The translations under genes and the position numbers were made by a program. A model generated the notes under the pieces. That model saw only the letters and a program-made list of their open reading frames with translations. It made no database searches and had not been told where the DNA came from. Shown here one piece after another: positions 26,344 through 36,200 of a stretch of 41,464 nt of DNA (within the stretch, counting starts at the first letter, position 1; each line of letters begins with the position of its first letter). Origin of the DNA: Comamonadaceae bacterium (lineage in GTDB: Bacteria > Pseudomonadota > Gammaproteobacteria > Burkholderiales > Burkholderiaceae_C); NCBI GenBank assembly GCA_027490555.1, contig JAIXXW010000300.1, positions 1 through 41,464 of the forward strand, written 5' to 3'.

Positions 26344-28490
26344 AAACAGTTTTCTCAGACGCCTGGTACCGTGCGGCCCCGCTCAAGCCGGTGTTGCGTG
26401 CGCAGGTGCGCATCCACCGCCATACCTACCGTGGCCAGCGTTGGCATGTGGTGCAGGATTTGACCACGGGCCAGTTTTTGCGTTTTGACGCCATGGCGTA
26501 CCGTGCCATCAGTCTGATGGACGGTGAACGTTCGGTCGACGACATTTGGCACATTTTGGTGCGTGGCCATGCCGACGAAGCGCCATCACAAGATGATTTG
26601 ATCAAGCTCATGACCCAGCTTTATCAGGCCAACTTGCTGCGAACAGACCAACGCGCCGACGTGACCGAACTGGTTGAGCGGGGCGAACGTAACCGGTGGA
26701 ACAAGCTCAAGAGCATGTTCATGAATCCTATGTCGGTGCGCTTGCCCTTGTTCAGCCCTGACCGAGAATTGTCGGTGCTGGTCAATGCCATGCCCGCTTG
26801 GTTCTGGAAATTGGCTCTGGCCCTTTGGGCTGTGTTGATCGGTGTGGGCGGATTCACTGTGGCCATGCATTGGCCAGCCCTGACCGATGACTTGAGCGCG
26901 CAGGTCTTCACGCCTGACAAATTGCTCTGGCTGGTTTTGATCTTCCCAGTGCTCAAGGCCATCCATGAGTTTGGTCACTGTCTGGCACTCAAGGCCTTGG
27001 GTGGTACGGTGCATGAAGTGGGGGTCATGTTTTTGATCTTTGTGCCCATCCCGTACGTTGAAGCTTCACAGTCGTACACCTTTGCGAACAAATGGCAGCG
27101 CATGCTGGTTGGTGCTGCGGGCATGGTCATTGAAATCGGTGTGGCAGCCCTGTGTGTTTTGCTGTGGGTGGATGCCTCTGCAGGCGTCTTCAAATCGGTG
27201 TTGCACCAGGTGATCATCCTGGCCAGTGTCACCACCGTGGTTTTCAATGCCAACCCACTGCTGCGTTTCGATGGCTATTACATCCTGTCTGATTGGCTGG
27301 AAATGCCCAATTTGGCTGCGCGAGCCAACAAGGTGGTTCAGTCATGGGTCAAGCGGCGACTTTTCGGAGTGGAAGAAAATCCGCCCCAGGAAACGGCCGC
27401 CGAGCTGCGCTGGCTCGTGCCTTATGCGTTCATGTCGCACATCTACCGCCTGTTTGTGACATTCACCATTGTCTTTCTGGTGGCCGAACATTATTTGGGT
27501 GTGGGTTTGGTGTTGGCGGGTTGGTCGATCTGGAACTCGCTGCTCAAACCACTTTACAACTACTTCCAGTACCTGGCGATGGACGTGGGTTTGCATGGCA
27601 GAAGGCAACGCGCAGTCGGTATCACGCTGTTGTCCTTCGTGGCAACGGGGGCCATGGCATTTGGGGTCCCAGTGGATTCGGCCACCAACGCACAGGGCGT
27701 GGTCTGGGCCTCCGAGCAATCCAAAGTGTTGGTTCCTGTGGCTTGCTTTGGAGACCGTCAATTCGTCAAGCCCGGTGAGCGCGTTCAGACCGGTCAGCCT
27801 TTGTTTGCCTGCATTGACCCCGAGTACCAATCCGAAGTGGTCAAAGAGCAGGCCCGGCTGGAGGAGTTCGAGCGCAAGACGGCCTTGGCCAGAACGTTGG
27901 ACCGTGTCCAATGGGCCACTGCCCAAAGCCAACAACAGCTTCAGGCCGAGAGGCTCAAGCGTGCGCGTCAACGCGCCAAGGAAACTGTGGTGGTCAGTCC
28001 GCACGACGGTTGGTTTGTGCCCGTATCGACCGCACTCATCGAAGGACGGTATTTGTCACGGGGTGAACTGATTGCGCATGTGGTGGACCAGGCGCATTTG
28101 ACCATGATGACGGTGGTGGACCAGGCGACGGTGGATTTGGTTCGGCAAAACACCCTGAACGTGGAGGTGAGACTGGATCAGAACATCTGGAAAACTTACC
28201 CCAGCCAGGTTTTGCGCGAAGTACCCTCTGGCCTGAGGGAGTTGCCCAGCATGGCATTGGCCATTGACGGTGGCGGTGAAATTGGCATCGATCCCAAGGC
28301 GGCCAATGACCAGAAATCACCCATTGCCGTCGACCATTTTTTCCAGTTTGAACTGCGGCCCCTTCAGGAGCTATTGCCCGAGAGCTTGGGTGGCCGGGTG
28401 TATGTGCGCTTTGAGCATCCCCCAGAGCCGATGGCCGTGCAGTGGTACCGCGTGGCGAGACAAATGTTCATGAAGAGGTTTGCGATATGA
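26340..28490 (+). CDS. PqqD-like domain / M50 (site-2) zinc metalloprotease / MFP-like fusion membrane protein
   Basis: GTG 26340 overlaps the upstream TGA (GTGA) and is preferred to 26304. HEFGH and NANPLLRFDGYY M50 motifs; several TM helices; N-terminal WHVVQDLTTGQFLRF...MDGERSVDDIW...LYQANLL PqqD-like winged helix; C-terminal FVKPGERVQTGQPL...VVSPHDG lipoyl-like halves. Confidence 0.88.
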   Translation: MKTVFSDAWYRAAPLKPVLRAQVRIHRHTYRGQRWHVVQDLTTGQFLRFDAMAYRAISLMDGERSVDDIWHILVRGHADEAPSQDDLIKLMTQLYQANLLRTDQRADVTELVERGERNRWNKLKSMFMNPMSVRLPLFSPDRELSVLVNAMPAWFWKLALALWAVLIGVGGFTVAMHWPALTDDLSAQVFTPDKLLWLVLIFPVLKAIHEFGHCLALKALGGTVHEVGVMFLIFVPIPYVEASQSYTFANKWQRMLVGAAGMVIEIGVAALCVLLWVDASAGVFKSVLHQVIILASVTTVVFNANPLLRFDGYYILSDWLEMPNLAARANKVVQSWVKRRLFGVEENPPQETAAELRWLVPYAFMSHIYRLFVTFTIVFLVAEHYLGVGLVLAGWSIWNSLLKPLYNYFQYLAMDVGLHGRRQRAVGITLLSFVATGAMAFGVPVDSATNAQGVVWASEQSKVLVPVACFGDRQFVKPGERVQTGQPLFACIDPEYQSEVVKEQARLEEFERKTALARTLDRVQWATAQSQQQLQAERLKRARQRAKETVVVSPHDGWFVPVSTALIEGRYLSRGELIAHVVDQAHLTMMTVVDQATVDLVRQNTLNVEVRLDQNIWKTYPSQVLREVPSGLRELPSMALAIDGGGEIGIDPKAANDQKSPIAVDHFFQFELRPLQELLPESLGGRVYVRFEHPPEPMAVQWYRVARQMFMKRFAI

Positions 28491-30481
28491 GCGCCTTGGC
28501 TTTGCATTTGATCTCTGATCCCTATCCCCAAAACAGGGATTGGGGCATTGCGCCGATGGCCGAGCGTGTGCTTGGACGTCTACAGTCTTGGGCGTGGTTG
28601 AGCCTGACGGACACGCGCTGGCATGCCAAACGGTTTGTTGGCAAGGTGCGTGCACGCTTGGCTGAAATTCAGACACTCCATGACGAAGAAGCGATCGAAA
28701 GATGGGCACAAAGTCGCCTGATGTCACGCAAGTACGGCCTCGCACATTTTGACCAGGTGGCTGAATGCTTTGCCTGGACATGCCTCAAATCCAAACAGAC
28801 ATTGGGTATCGAGCCGTTCGACACGCAAATCCGGGCCGCGTACAGTCTGATTCGGCAGCGTGCCGTTGAATTGGACACAGGCGAGGGTAAAACCCTGACA
28901 GCTGCACTTGCCGCGATTGCTGCTGCCCAGGCTGGTTTGCGTGTCCATGTCATCACCGCCAACGACTACTTGGCCCAACGAGATGCGGTGGAGTTGGCCC
29001 CGCTTTACAGGGCCATGGGCTTTGAGGTGAACTCCGTTCTGGAGGCCACCCCGATTCAGCAGCGGCCGACGCTCTACCAGAGCCCGGTTGTTTACTGCAG
29101 CAACAAGACCATCACGTTTGATTACTTGCGTGACAGGGTGATCTTTGCTGAACGGCTGGAGCCTTTGCGATTGGGTTTTGACAAATGGCTGGGACGTGGT
29201 GAGAGATCGAACTTGCCCGGCTTGATGTTCGCGATTTTGGACGAAGTGGACAGTGTTCTGGTCGATGAGGCGCGTACCCCTTTGGTGTTGTCACGCACAG
29301 TTGAAGACCCTGAGCACAAGATTTATGTGCGTCAGGCGGTGGTGATGGCGCGCATGCTGGAGCATGGGCGCGATTTCATCATGCACCCGGTATCCAAAAG
29401 ACCAGTGCTGACCGAAGCTGGGGCCAAAGGCTTGCCCGATCTGGTGGCCCAATTGGAGGAGCCGTCCATCATTTGGCGCAGTGTTTGGCGCACAGAAGAG
29501 GCCATGACACAAGCTTTGTACGCTTTGTACGGGTTGGTCTGCGATGTGGACTATGTGGTGCGCGACGGCAAAGTCATGATCGTGGATGAGAACACAGGCC
29601 GCACCATGGCTGACCGATCATGGGAAATGGGCTTGCACCAAATGGTGGAAGTCAAAGAAGGGCTGGAGATGACGGGCTCTAGGGAGACCATGGCCCGCAT
29701 CAGCTACCAACTATTTTTCCGTCGCTATTTGGGTCTTTGCGGTATGTCGGGCACTTGCAGGGAGTTGTCCAGCGAGTTTTTTGACATCTATGGCATGCCT
29801 TCCTTGCGCGTGCCACCACGCAATCCTTCGCGCAGGCGTGCGCTGGGTACGCGTTTGTACCGCAGCAGCCAGGAACGTTGGCAAGCTTGTTTGGCGGCCG
29901 TTGAACGTGAAGTTGCCCGCCGAAGACCCGTGCTTGTGGGAACCAAAACCGTGCGCGAATCCGAGATGCTGAGCAGTCTGCTGTCGCAAAACGGGATTGA
30001 CCACCAAGTGCTCAATGCCAAGCAAGATGAGGGCGAGGCGCTGGCGATTGCCGCTGCGGGTGCGAGTGGGAAAGTGATGATCGCCACGAACATGGCCGGG
30101 CGCGGAACAGACATCAAGCTCACCGATGAGGCACGACAGGCCGGTGGGTTGCACGTGATCATCACCGAAATGCACGACAACGCCAGGGTCCAGCGGCAGT
30201 TGATTGGGCGTTGCGCACGCCAGGGTGATCCGGGAAGTTGGGAGGCCATTTTTTCAGCCGATGATCCTTTTTTTGTACAGCAAGGTGAGGGCTGGAGCCG
30301 TTTGCTATCGGTTCTGGCTGTGGGGCAATCCTGGCGAGGTTTGCGCCATGGCTTGGCCATGCTGGTGGTGAAGTGGCTGCAAGCCAGCGTGGAGCGGCAG
30401 CACCGTCGCACCCGCATGCATCTTTTGGAGTCAGATTTGGACAGACGAAACGCGATGGGATTTACGGGGATTTCCGAATGA
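28487..30481 (+). CDS. Accessory SecA-like ATPase (664 aa, lacks the canonical C-terminal part)
   Basis: ATG 28487 overlaps the upstream stop (ATGA). SecA motifs TGEGKTL, HVITANDYLAQRD, DEVDSVLVDEARTPL, IVDENTGR...GLHQMVEVKEG, ISYQLFFRRY, GMSGT, VLNAKQ, IATNMAGRGTDIKL, GGLHVI, QLIGRCARQGDPGS. Confidence 0.93.
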   Translation: MSALALHLISDPYPQNRDWGIAPMAERVLGRLQSWAWLSLTDTRWHAKRFVGKVRARLAEIQTLHDEEAIERWAQSRLMSRKYGLAHFDQVAECFAWTCLKSKQTLGIEPFDTQIRAAYSLIRQRAVELDTGEGKTLTAALAAIAAAQAGLRVHVITANDYLAQRDAVELAPLYRAMGFEVNSVLEATPIQQRPTLYQSPVVYCSNKTITFDYLRDRVIFAERLEPLRLGFDKWLGRGERSNLPGLMFAILDEVDSVLVDEARTPLVLSRTVEDPEHKIYVRQAVVMARMLEHGRDFIMHPVSKRPVLTEAGAKGLPDLVAQLEEPSIIWRSVWRTEEAMTQALYALYGLVCDVDYVVRDGKVMIVDENTGRTMADRSWEMGLHQMVEVKEGLEMTGSRETMARISYQLFFRRYLGLCGMSGTCRELSSEFFDIYGMPSLRVPPRNPSRRRALGTRLYRSSQERWQACLAAVEREVARRRPVLVGTKTVRESEMLSSLLSQNGIDHQVLNAKQDEGEALAIAAAGASGKVMIATNMAGRGTDIKLTDEARQAGGLHVIITEMHDNARVQRQLIGRCARQGDPGSWEAIFSADDPFFVQQGEGWSRLLSVLAVGQSWRGLRHGLAMLVVKWLQASVERQHRRTRMHLLESDLDRRNAMGFTGISE

Positions 30482-31200
30482 AAAAGAAGAGACTCAGACA
30501 TGATTTGTTATGGGGTTTGGCACTGTGGCTGGGTGTGTCTGCGACGGGATGGGCGCAGGATTCGGGGTGCCTGATCGAGCCATCGGCTGATCTGAAACTG
30601 GGGGTGCCCGCTGACGGTGTGCTGGACCGCGTGACGGTCGAGCGTGGTGATGTGGTGCGCAAAGGGCAGTTGCTGGGTCGACTGAACATCGACCTGGAGA
30701 CCGCCCAAGCCAGGACGTTGGCCACGAAGCTGGCATTTGGCGAGCGCAAATTGGAGCGAAATCTGGAATTGCAGTCACAAAACATGATTGCGCCACAAGA
30801 GCTCGATGAAATCGCGACGAACCAGAAAGTGGCCGAGCTTGAGTTTGCCGAAAGCCAAGAGCGCATCAAGTTGCGCAACATCCACAGCCCGGTGGATGGC
30901 GTGGTGGTCGATGTCTACTACCAGGTGGGCGATCTCATCAAGCAAGAGAAGATTTTCAGGGTTGCCCGCTTGGACCCTTTGTATGTAGAGCTTATTTTGC
31001 CCGCAGCCCGTTTTGGCCAGATCAAGTCTGGCCAGTCGATGCGGGTAGTGACTGAATTAGGAGCCCGCGAACTCAGGGGCGATGTGGGGGCTGTCGACAA
31101 AGTCATCGACGCTGCCAGTTCGACCTTTCGCGTGCGCCTGATAGTTCCAAACCCAGACAATCGAGTGCCATCCGGCCAACGTTGTCGCATTCGATTTTGA
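30478..31200 (+). CDS. Periplasmic adaptor (MFP/RND-type) with cleavable signal peptide and short hairpin
   Basis: ATG 30478 overlaps the SecA stop (ATGA). MKKKRLRHDLLWGLALWLGVSATGWA signal; CLIEPS...VPADGVLDRVTVERGDVVRKGQLL, IHSPVDGVV, LDPLYVE, VDKVIDAASSTFRVRL, NPDNRVPSG. Confidence 0.88.
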   Translation: MKKKRLRHDLLWGLALWLGVSATGWAQDSGCLIEPSADLKLGVPADGVLDRVTVERGDVVRKGQLLGRLNIDLETAQARTLATKLAFGERKLERNLELQSQNMIAPQELDEIATNQKVAELEFAESQERIKLRNIHSPVDGVVVDVYYQVGDLIKQEKIFRVARLDPLYVELILPAARFGQIKSGQSMRVVTELGARELRGDVGAVDKVIDAASSTFRVRLIVPNPDNRVPSGQRCRIRF

Positions 31201-31209
31201 TACCTAACC

Positions 31210-33210
31210 ATGGACGCTTTGAGCATTATGAAAACACTTGAAAACTCATCTCCAATCCATCGAATCAATCGTGTGTCTGCAGTCTGGGGCCGATGCGCTC
31301 TGGCTGCACTCATGCCTTTGGCCGTCATGAACACCGCGTTGGCGCAATCCAGGGTCTCTGACGCAGATCTGGAAATTGCTTCGCCAGCGGCTGGCACACG
31401 CTTGGACATCAAGAACTTTGTCTTTGAAGACAACATCCTGGTGGATCAAGCTGCTCTGAGCAGGGCATTGGCCCCATGGTCTGGACGTGATCTGAATGCG
31501 GCCGATCTGGAAAAAGCCACGGCCGCTGCCGCAGAACATTTGCGCACGCAAGGCCATACCGGCGTCAATGTGAGCACCTCCCGCGAACGTGGGACTTGGC
31601 GTGTCCGGGTGACGGGTCTCAAGCCCACTGCAGCGGCCTACGCGGCTGTCCAGGCAGCGCAGCCCGTGGTCGACATCAAAGGCATCGTGGTTGAAGGAGC
31701 CACCCAGGTCAGTGCTGCGGACCTGCAAGCGGCTGTCAACCCTTGGGTTGGCAAAGCCCTGACTGTGGCGCAGCTGCAAGAGCCAGCCCGTGCTGTGACC
31801 GATTTGCTCAAAGCCCGGGGCTTCTCTTTGGCCCAGGCTTTTGTGCCTGCCCAAAATTTGCAAAATGGCCAGCTGCGTGTGCAAGTTGTGGAAGGTCTGG
31901 TGGATGCTTCGGTCGGTGTCTCCGGTGTGGTGGTCAAGGGCGTGCAGCGTACCGACACCGCCGTGGTGGCCAACATCATTGCCCCAGGTGCTGTGGCGGG
32001 TCAGCCACTGCGCGCCGCTGATCTTGAGTCGCGTCTGATGCTGGCCAACGAATTGCCCGGTCTGTCACTGCAAGCGTCCTTGGTTCCTGGCACCAAATTT
32101 GGTACCACTGCGGTCGAAGTGACTGCGCAAGAGGAAAAAGCCAGGAGCATCAACCTGTATGCCGACAACCACGGCAGCCGTTTCACGGGTCAGGCCCGTG
32201 TGGGTGCAGATCTGGACATTTTCAGCCCATCAAGGAAAGGTGACCTGATCAGTTTGGGTGGCGTGAAAACCCAAGACTCGGGTTCTTTCAAGATGGCTTG
32301 GTCAGTGCCCGTGGCATTCAGGGACATGCGCGTTGGTGCCTCTCTTTCGAGCAGTCAATCGAACATGAACCCTCAAAATGTGAATGTGAGATTTGATGGC
32401 AAAGCCAACCAGTCGAGCTTGTTTGCGCAAATGCCCTTGCTCAGACGGGCAGATGCCTCTGTCACATCGCAGGCATCGATCAACAACAAAAAGCTCAGCA
32501 ATAACTTTGAAGGCATGTTGTTTGACAAGCGCGATATCAACAGCCTGTCGGTGGGCCTGAGTGGCATGTACCTGTCTGATGATCGGCAGGGCCAAACACG
32601 GTGGTCATCGAATCTGACCACGGGCGATGTGAATCTGCTCGAGCGTGAGCAAAGCCTGAACCCACGACTGGACACGCAAGGCCGCTTTACCAAGTTGTCG
32701 GGTGACTACCGCATGGGTCGCCCCCTGGCAGCTGCTGGTGAAGCCAGCAAATGGATGTGGAACACACGGGCCAGCGCACAGATGCATTTGAACGGTGCCA
32801 ACCTGGACAACTCCGAGAAATTCTGGCTGGGTGGTCCCGATGGTGTGCGTGGCTACCCGGTGGGTGAGGGCTCGGGCGATTCGGGCTATTTGGTCAGCAT
32901 GGAATTCAGCCGCCCATTTGCCATGGAGCGCGTGCATGCCTCTCGGTTCTTCTTTTTCGTGGACACTGGCAGCGTCAGACGCAACCCGAACGCCGCACAA
33001 GCTGCAGAAGCATCCGACGGTATCCGCAACCAGTACAGCCTGCACAGTGCAGGTATTGGTCTGAAGCTGGACTTCACACCAACCACATTGGTTCAATTGA
33101 CGCTGGCCAGCCCATGGGGTAACAACCCAGCGCAGGTCAATGGCTTGAATTCCGATGGCCGGGGTCTGTCGCAAAGCCGTGTGTGGCTTTCCTTGAACAG
33201 CCGTTATTGA
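31210..33210 (+). CDS. TpsB (ShlB/FhaC/HecB family) outer membrane transporter with an extra POTRA-like domain
   Basis: Signal peptide ending ALA-Q. POTRA-like segments ~31396-31617, ~31666-31896 (AQAFVPAQNLQNGQLRVQVVEG), ~31927-32148; barrel start ADNHGSRFTG; loop-6 LDNSEKFWLGGPDGVRGY; terminal aromatic Y. Start may be 31228. Confidence 0.92.
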   Translation: MDALSIMKTLENSSPIHRINRVSAVWGRCALAALMPLAVMNTALAQSRVSDADLEIASPAAGTRLDIKNFVFEDNILVDQAALSRALAPWSGRDLNAADLEKATAAAAEHLRTQGHTGVNVSTSRERGTWRVRVTGLKPTAAAYAAVQAAQPVVDIKGIVVEGATQVSAADLQAAVNPWVGKALTVAQLQEPARAVTDLLKARGFSLAQAFVPAQNLQNGQLRVQVVEGLVDASVGVSGVVVKGVQRTDTAVVANIIAPGAVAGQPLRAADLESRLMLANELPGLSLQASLVPGTKFGTTAVEVTAQEEKARSINLYADNHGSRFTGQARVGADLDIFSPSRKGDLISLGGVKTQDSGSFKMAWSVPVAFRDMRVGASLSSSQSNMNPQNVNVRFDGKANQSSLFAQMPLLRRADASVTSQASINNKKLSNNFEGMLFDKRDINSLSVGLSGMYLSDDRQGQTRWSSNLTTGDVNLLEREQSLNPRLDTQGRFTKLSGDYRMGRPLAAAGEASKWMWNTRASAQMHLNGANLDNSEKFWLGGPDGVRGYPVGEGSGDSGYLVSMEFSRPFAMERVHASRFFFFVDTGSVRRNPNAAQAAEASDGIRNQYSLHSAGIGLKLDFTPTTLVQLTLASPWGNNPAQVNGLNSDGRGLSQSRVWLSLNSRY

Positions 33211-33237
33211 TCTGGTCAGCCATCTAGGACGAATCAC

Positions 33238-36200
33238 ATGAACACACAATCAGGAAACTCCATGAAATCCAAGCAATTCAAACGTGTCGCTGGTCAATCT
33301 TTTGCGCTGACGACAGTCGCTACCGTGGTGACAGCCTTGTTTTCACCGGTGCATGCCCAGCCCGCGGCCAATGCCTTGCCTACTGGCGCACAGGTGGTGC
33401 ATGGCTCTGCGGCCATCAACACCATCGGTGCCAGCATGCAGATTCAGCAAAACAGCGCCAAGCTGATCACCAACTGGCAGAACTTTGACATTGGCAGTGC
33501 GGCCAAAGTCGAGTTCGTGCAGCCCTCGGCTGCATCCGTTGCACTCAACCGTGTGACCGGTTCCGATGCTGCATCGCAGATTTTTGGTGTGTTGAACGCC
33601 AATGGCCGGGTGTTTTTGGTCAACCCCAACGGGATCTTGTTTGGCGCTACAGCCCGCATCGATGCCGGTGCACTGGTCGCTTCGACTTTGAACATCCGCG
33701 ATCAAGACTTTTTGTCGGGTCAGTACCAATTTGATCTGAACAACCCTGTTGGCCAAGTCAAAAACTTTGGTGAACTGGTCGCCAAGCAAGGTGGTTTTGT
33801 GGCCCTGATGGGTGCGCAAGTGGACAACGCTGGCCGTGTGGTGGCCACCGGTGGTCAGGCGGCATTGGCTGCCGGTCAGTCTGTGCGCATGCAAATTGGT
33901 GAAACCGGCTTGCTGGGCATGGATGTGGTGGCCGGCCAGGCCAACACCCAGGTCAGCAACAGCGGGGCGGTGATTGCCCATGGCGGCAATGTGCTGATGA
34001 GCGCACAAAGTGCCGCCGGTTTGATGTCCGGGGCCGTCAACCTGACGGGCCTGGTGCAAGCCAGCCGCATCGATGGTCAGGGTGGTCATGTCCGCCTGGA
34101 TGGCGGCGATGTGACGGTGACTGGCACGGGCCGCATCGAAGCCACTGGCCAGGGTACCGACGTGACCCTTTGGGCCGAGCGGAACACCCGCATGGACGGC
34201 ACCATCAATGCCCTGGGTGGCAAGGTCGACACGTCTTCCAAGGGCGAGCTGGGTATTCGCGGGACCGTCAATGCCCCCGAGTGGGTGCTCGACCCGCTGA
34301 CCCTGACAGTGGTCAACACGGTGCCCTCCAGCGGCAACGACATCAACGTGGACTTTTTCGTGGCGGCCAGTTCGATCCAGAACTACCTTAATGGCGGAGC
34401 CAACCCTGGCAATACCACGCAAGGTGTACCGGCCACGGTGGTTGTTGGCTTCAACGACACCGCACCCCGCACGCTGTCGCTGCTGGCGACCAATCAAATC
34501 AACATCAATGCCGACATTTCCAAGACTGCTGGTGGCGATGCAACCCTGGTGATGGGCACACAAGGCGGTGGCAATGCCGTCAATATCACAGTCAATAACC
34601 CGATTTCCTCCATCGCAGGAAGACTCAATCTGCAGTTTGGCGCCTCACCGAGCGACAATCTTGGGCGGGCCACCATCAATGCCCCTTTGGCGACCAACGG
34701 CGGTACAGTGACGTTCAACAAAGACGCTGTGCTGGCCCATGCCACACCCATTTCAACCAAAATCACCGAAAACAGCAGCGCGCAGTCTGGCAGCATCATT
34801 TTCGAGAAGAATGCTTTCTTGGCTGCTCCCGGTTATGCCGTGAGCCTGGACACCCAAGGACCGCAAAGCGGTGGTTCGTACACCGGCAAAGGTGGCAACA
34901 TCCAGTTCAAGGCTGACATCCTGTCGGCCCAGCCGACCAACCTGCCGCAATATGCGCAGGCTTTGACGCTGGACACCACCGGCTACAACAGTGCTGCTCC
35001 TTTGACCGGGCCCGGCAACATCATTTTGGGTACGAGCGCCACAAACGTGGTGGGCGGCTCCAACCTGTCTGCGGGTTCGGTGAACGCCCTCAAGAGTTTG
35101 ACTCTGCTGGGCGATACAGTGATTGACCTCAATGCCAGCACCGTGAACATCGTGTCCAGCAATGGTGATGTGATCACTGGCAGTTCACGCTTGGGCACGC
35201 CAACCCTCCAACTCAATGCCGACAACACCACCATCAACGTATTTGGTGACCGCCAAGGCAATCTGGCGGGCAACGTGGCAGGCTACACCGATTATGTTCA
35301 GTCGACTTTTGACATCGCAGGCGGCAAAACCACAGCACAGACATTGACCGTCAATTCTGATCGGGCCATCAAGATGGTCAACAGAAGCATCACTGCGGGT
35401 GGCGCGGGCGGGTTGGACGTGAACTTGAACCCGAACCAGGGCAATGGTTCTGGGGTGGGCGGTGTGGCCATGACCAATGCCAGCGTCAACACGCGTGGTG
35501 GGGACTTCATCGTGGCTGGTGCCGAAGGCAACGGTGGCGATGTGCAGTTGCTGACCGATGGTTTCTACGCTTCCAACTCCCAGATTCGCACGGAAGGTGG
35601 CGCATTGCGCATCACAGCCGAAGCGCCGACTGACACCGCAGCGGGCTCTGCCATTCGCTTGACCGGGGCCAGCACTGTTTTGTCTTCTGGTGCGGGCAAC
35701 ATGACGCTTGTGGGTTCGGTGAACAACTTCGCGGGCTCGGGCAACAAGGATGCCGTGGTCATTGGCGAAGGCGGCAATGCACGCGTGACTTTGACTGCGA
35801 CCACGGGTGAGATTTCCATCACGGGCAATGCCTCTGGCGTAGGTTCTGGAGATCTGGTGACAGGGGGCAGCCGTTACAACGGTGTGGTGATCTCCTCCAA
35901 GGCCTTGATCGAAACCACCGGTGTCGGAGCTGGCAACATCACGATCGTGGGTACCGGTGGCGGCGGCGACAAGGTCTTCATTGCCGAGAACCATGGCGTG
36001 CGTTTTGCCGATGCTGACACCAGCGTGGTCTCGACCACCGGCAACATTGCCATCGTGGGTGCCAGCGGTGGCAAAACCAAAGGAACCAGCGGGACCAACA
36101 GCTTCGGCATTTATGCAGAAGGCCAGAACATATATGTGGGTTCTGGTAGCGGTGCCTATGAAACGTCTGGCACCAACATTGGCCTTCTCAAGCAGGCAGG

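Noticed and set aside
26304-30477. ORF-track starts at 26304, 28442 and 30373
   Set aside because: They overlap upstream genes extensively; starts at 26340, 28487 and 30478 give standard 4-nt coupling and, for the MFP, a proper signal peptide.
28487-30481. Calling this the housekeeping secA or a secA pseudogene
   Set aside because: Too short and out of the usual context for housekeeping secA; all ATPase motifs are intact and it is coupled to both neighbours, which argues against decay.
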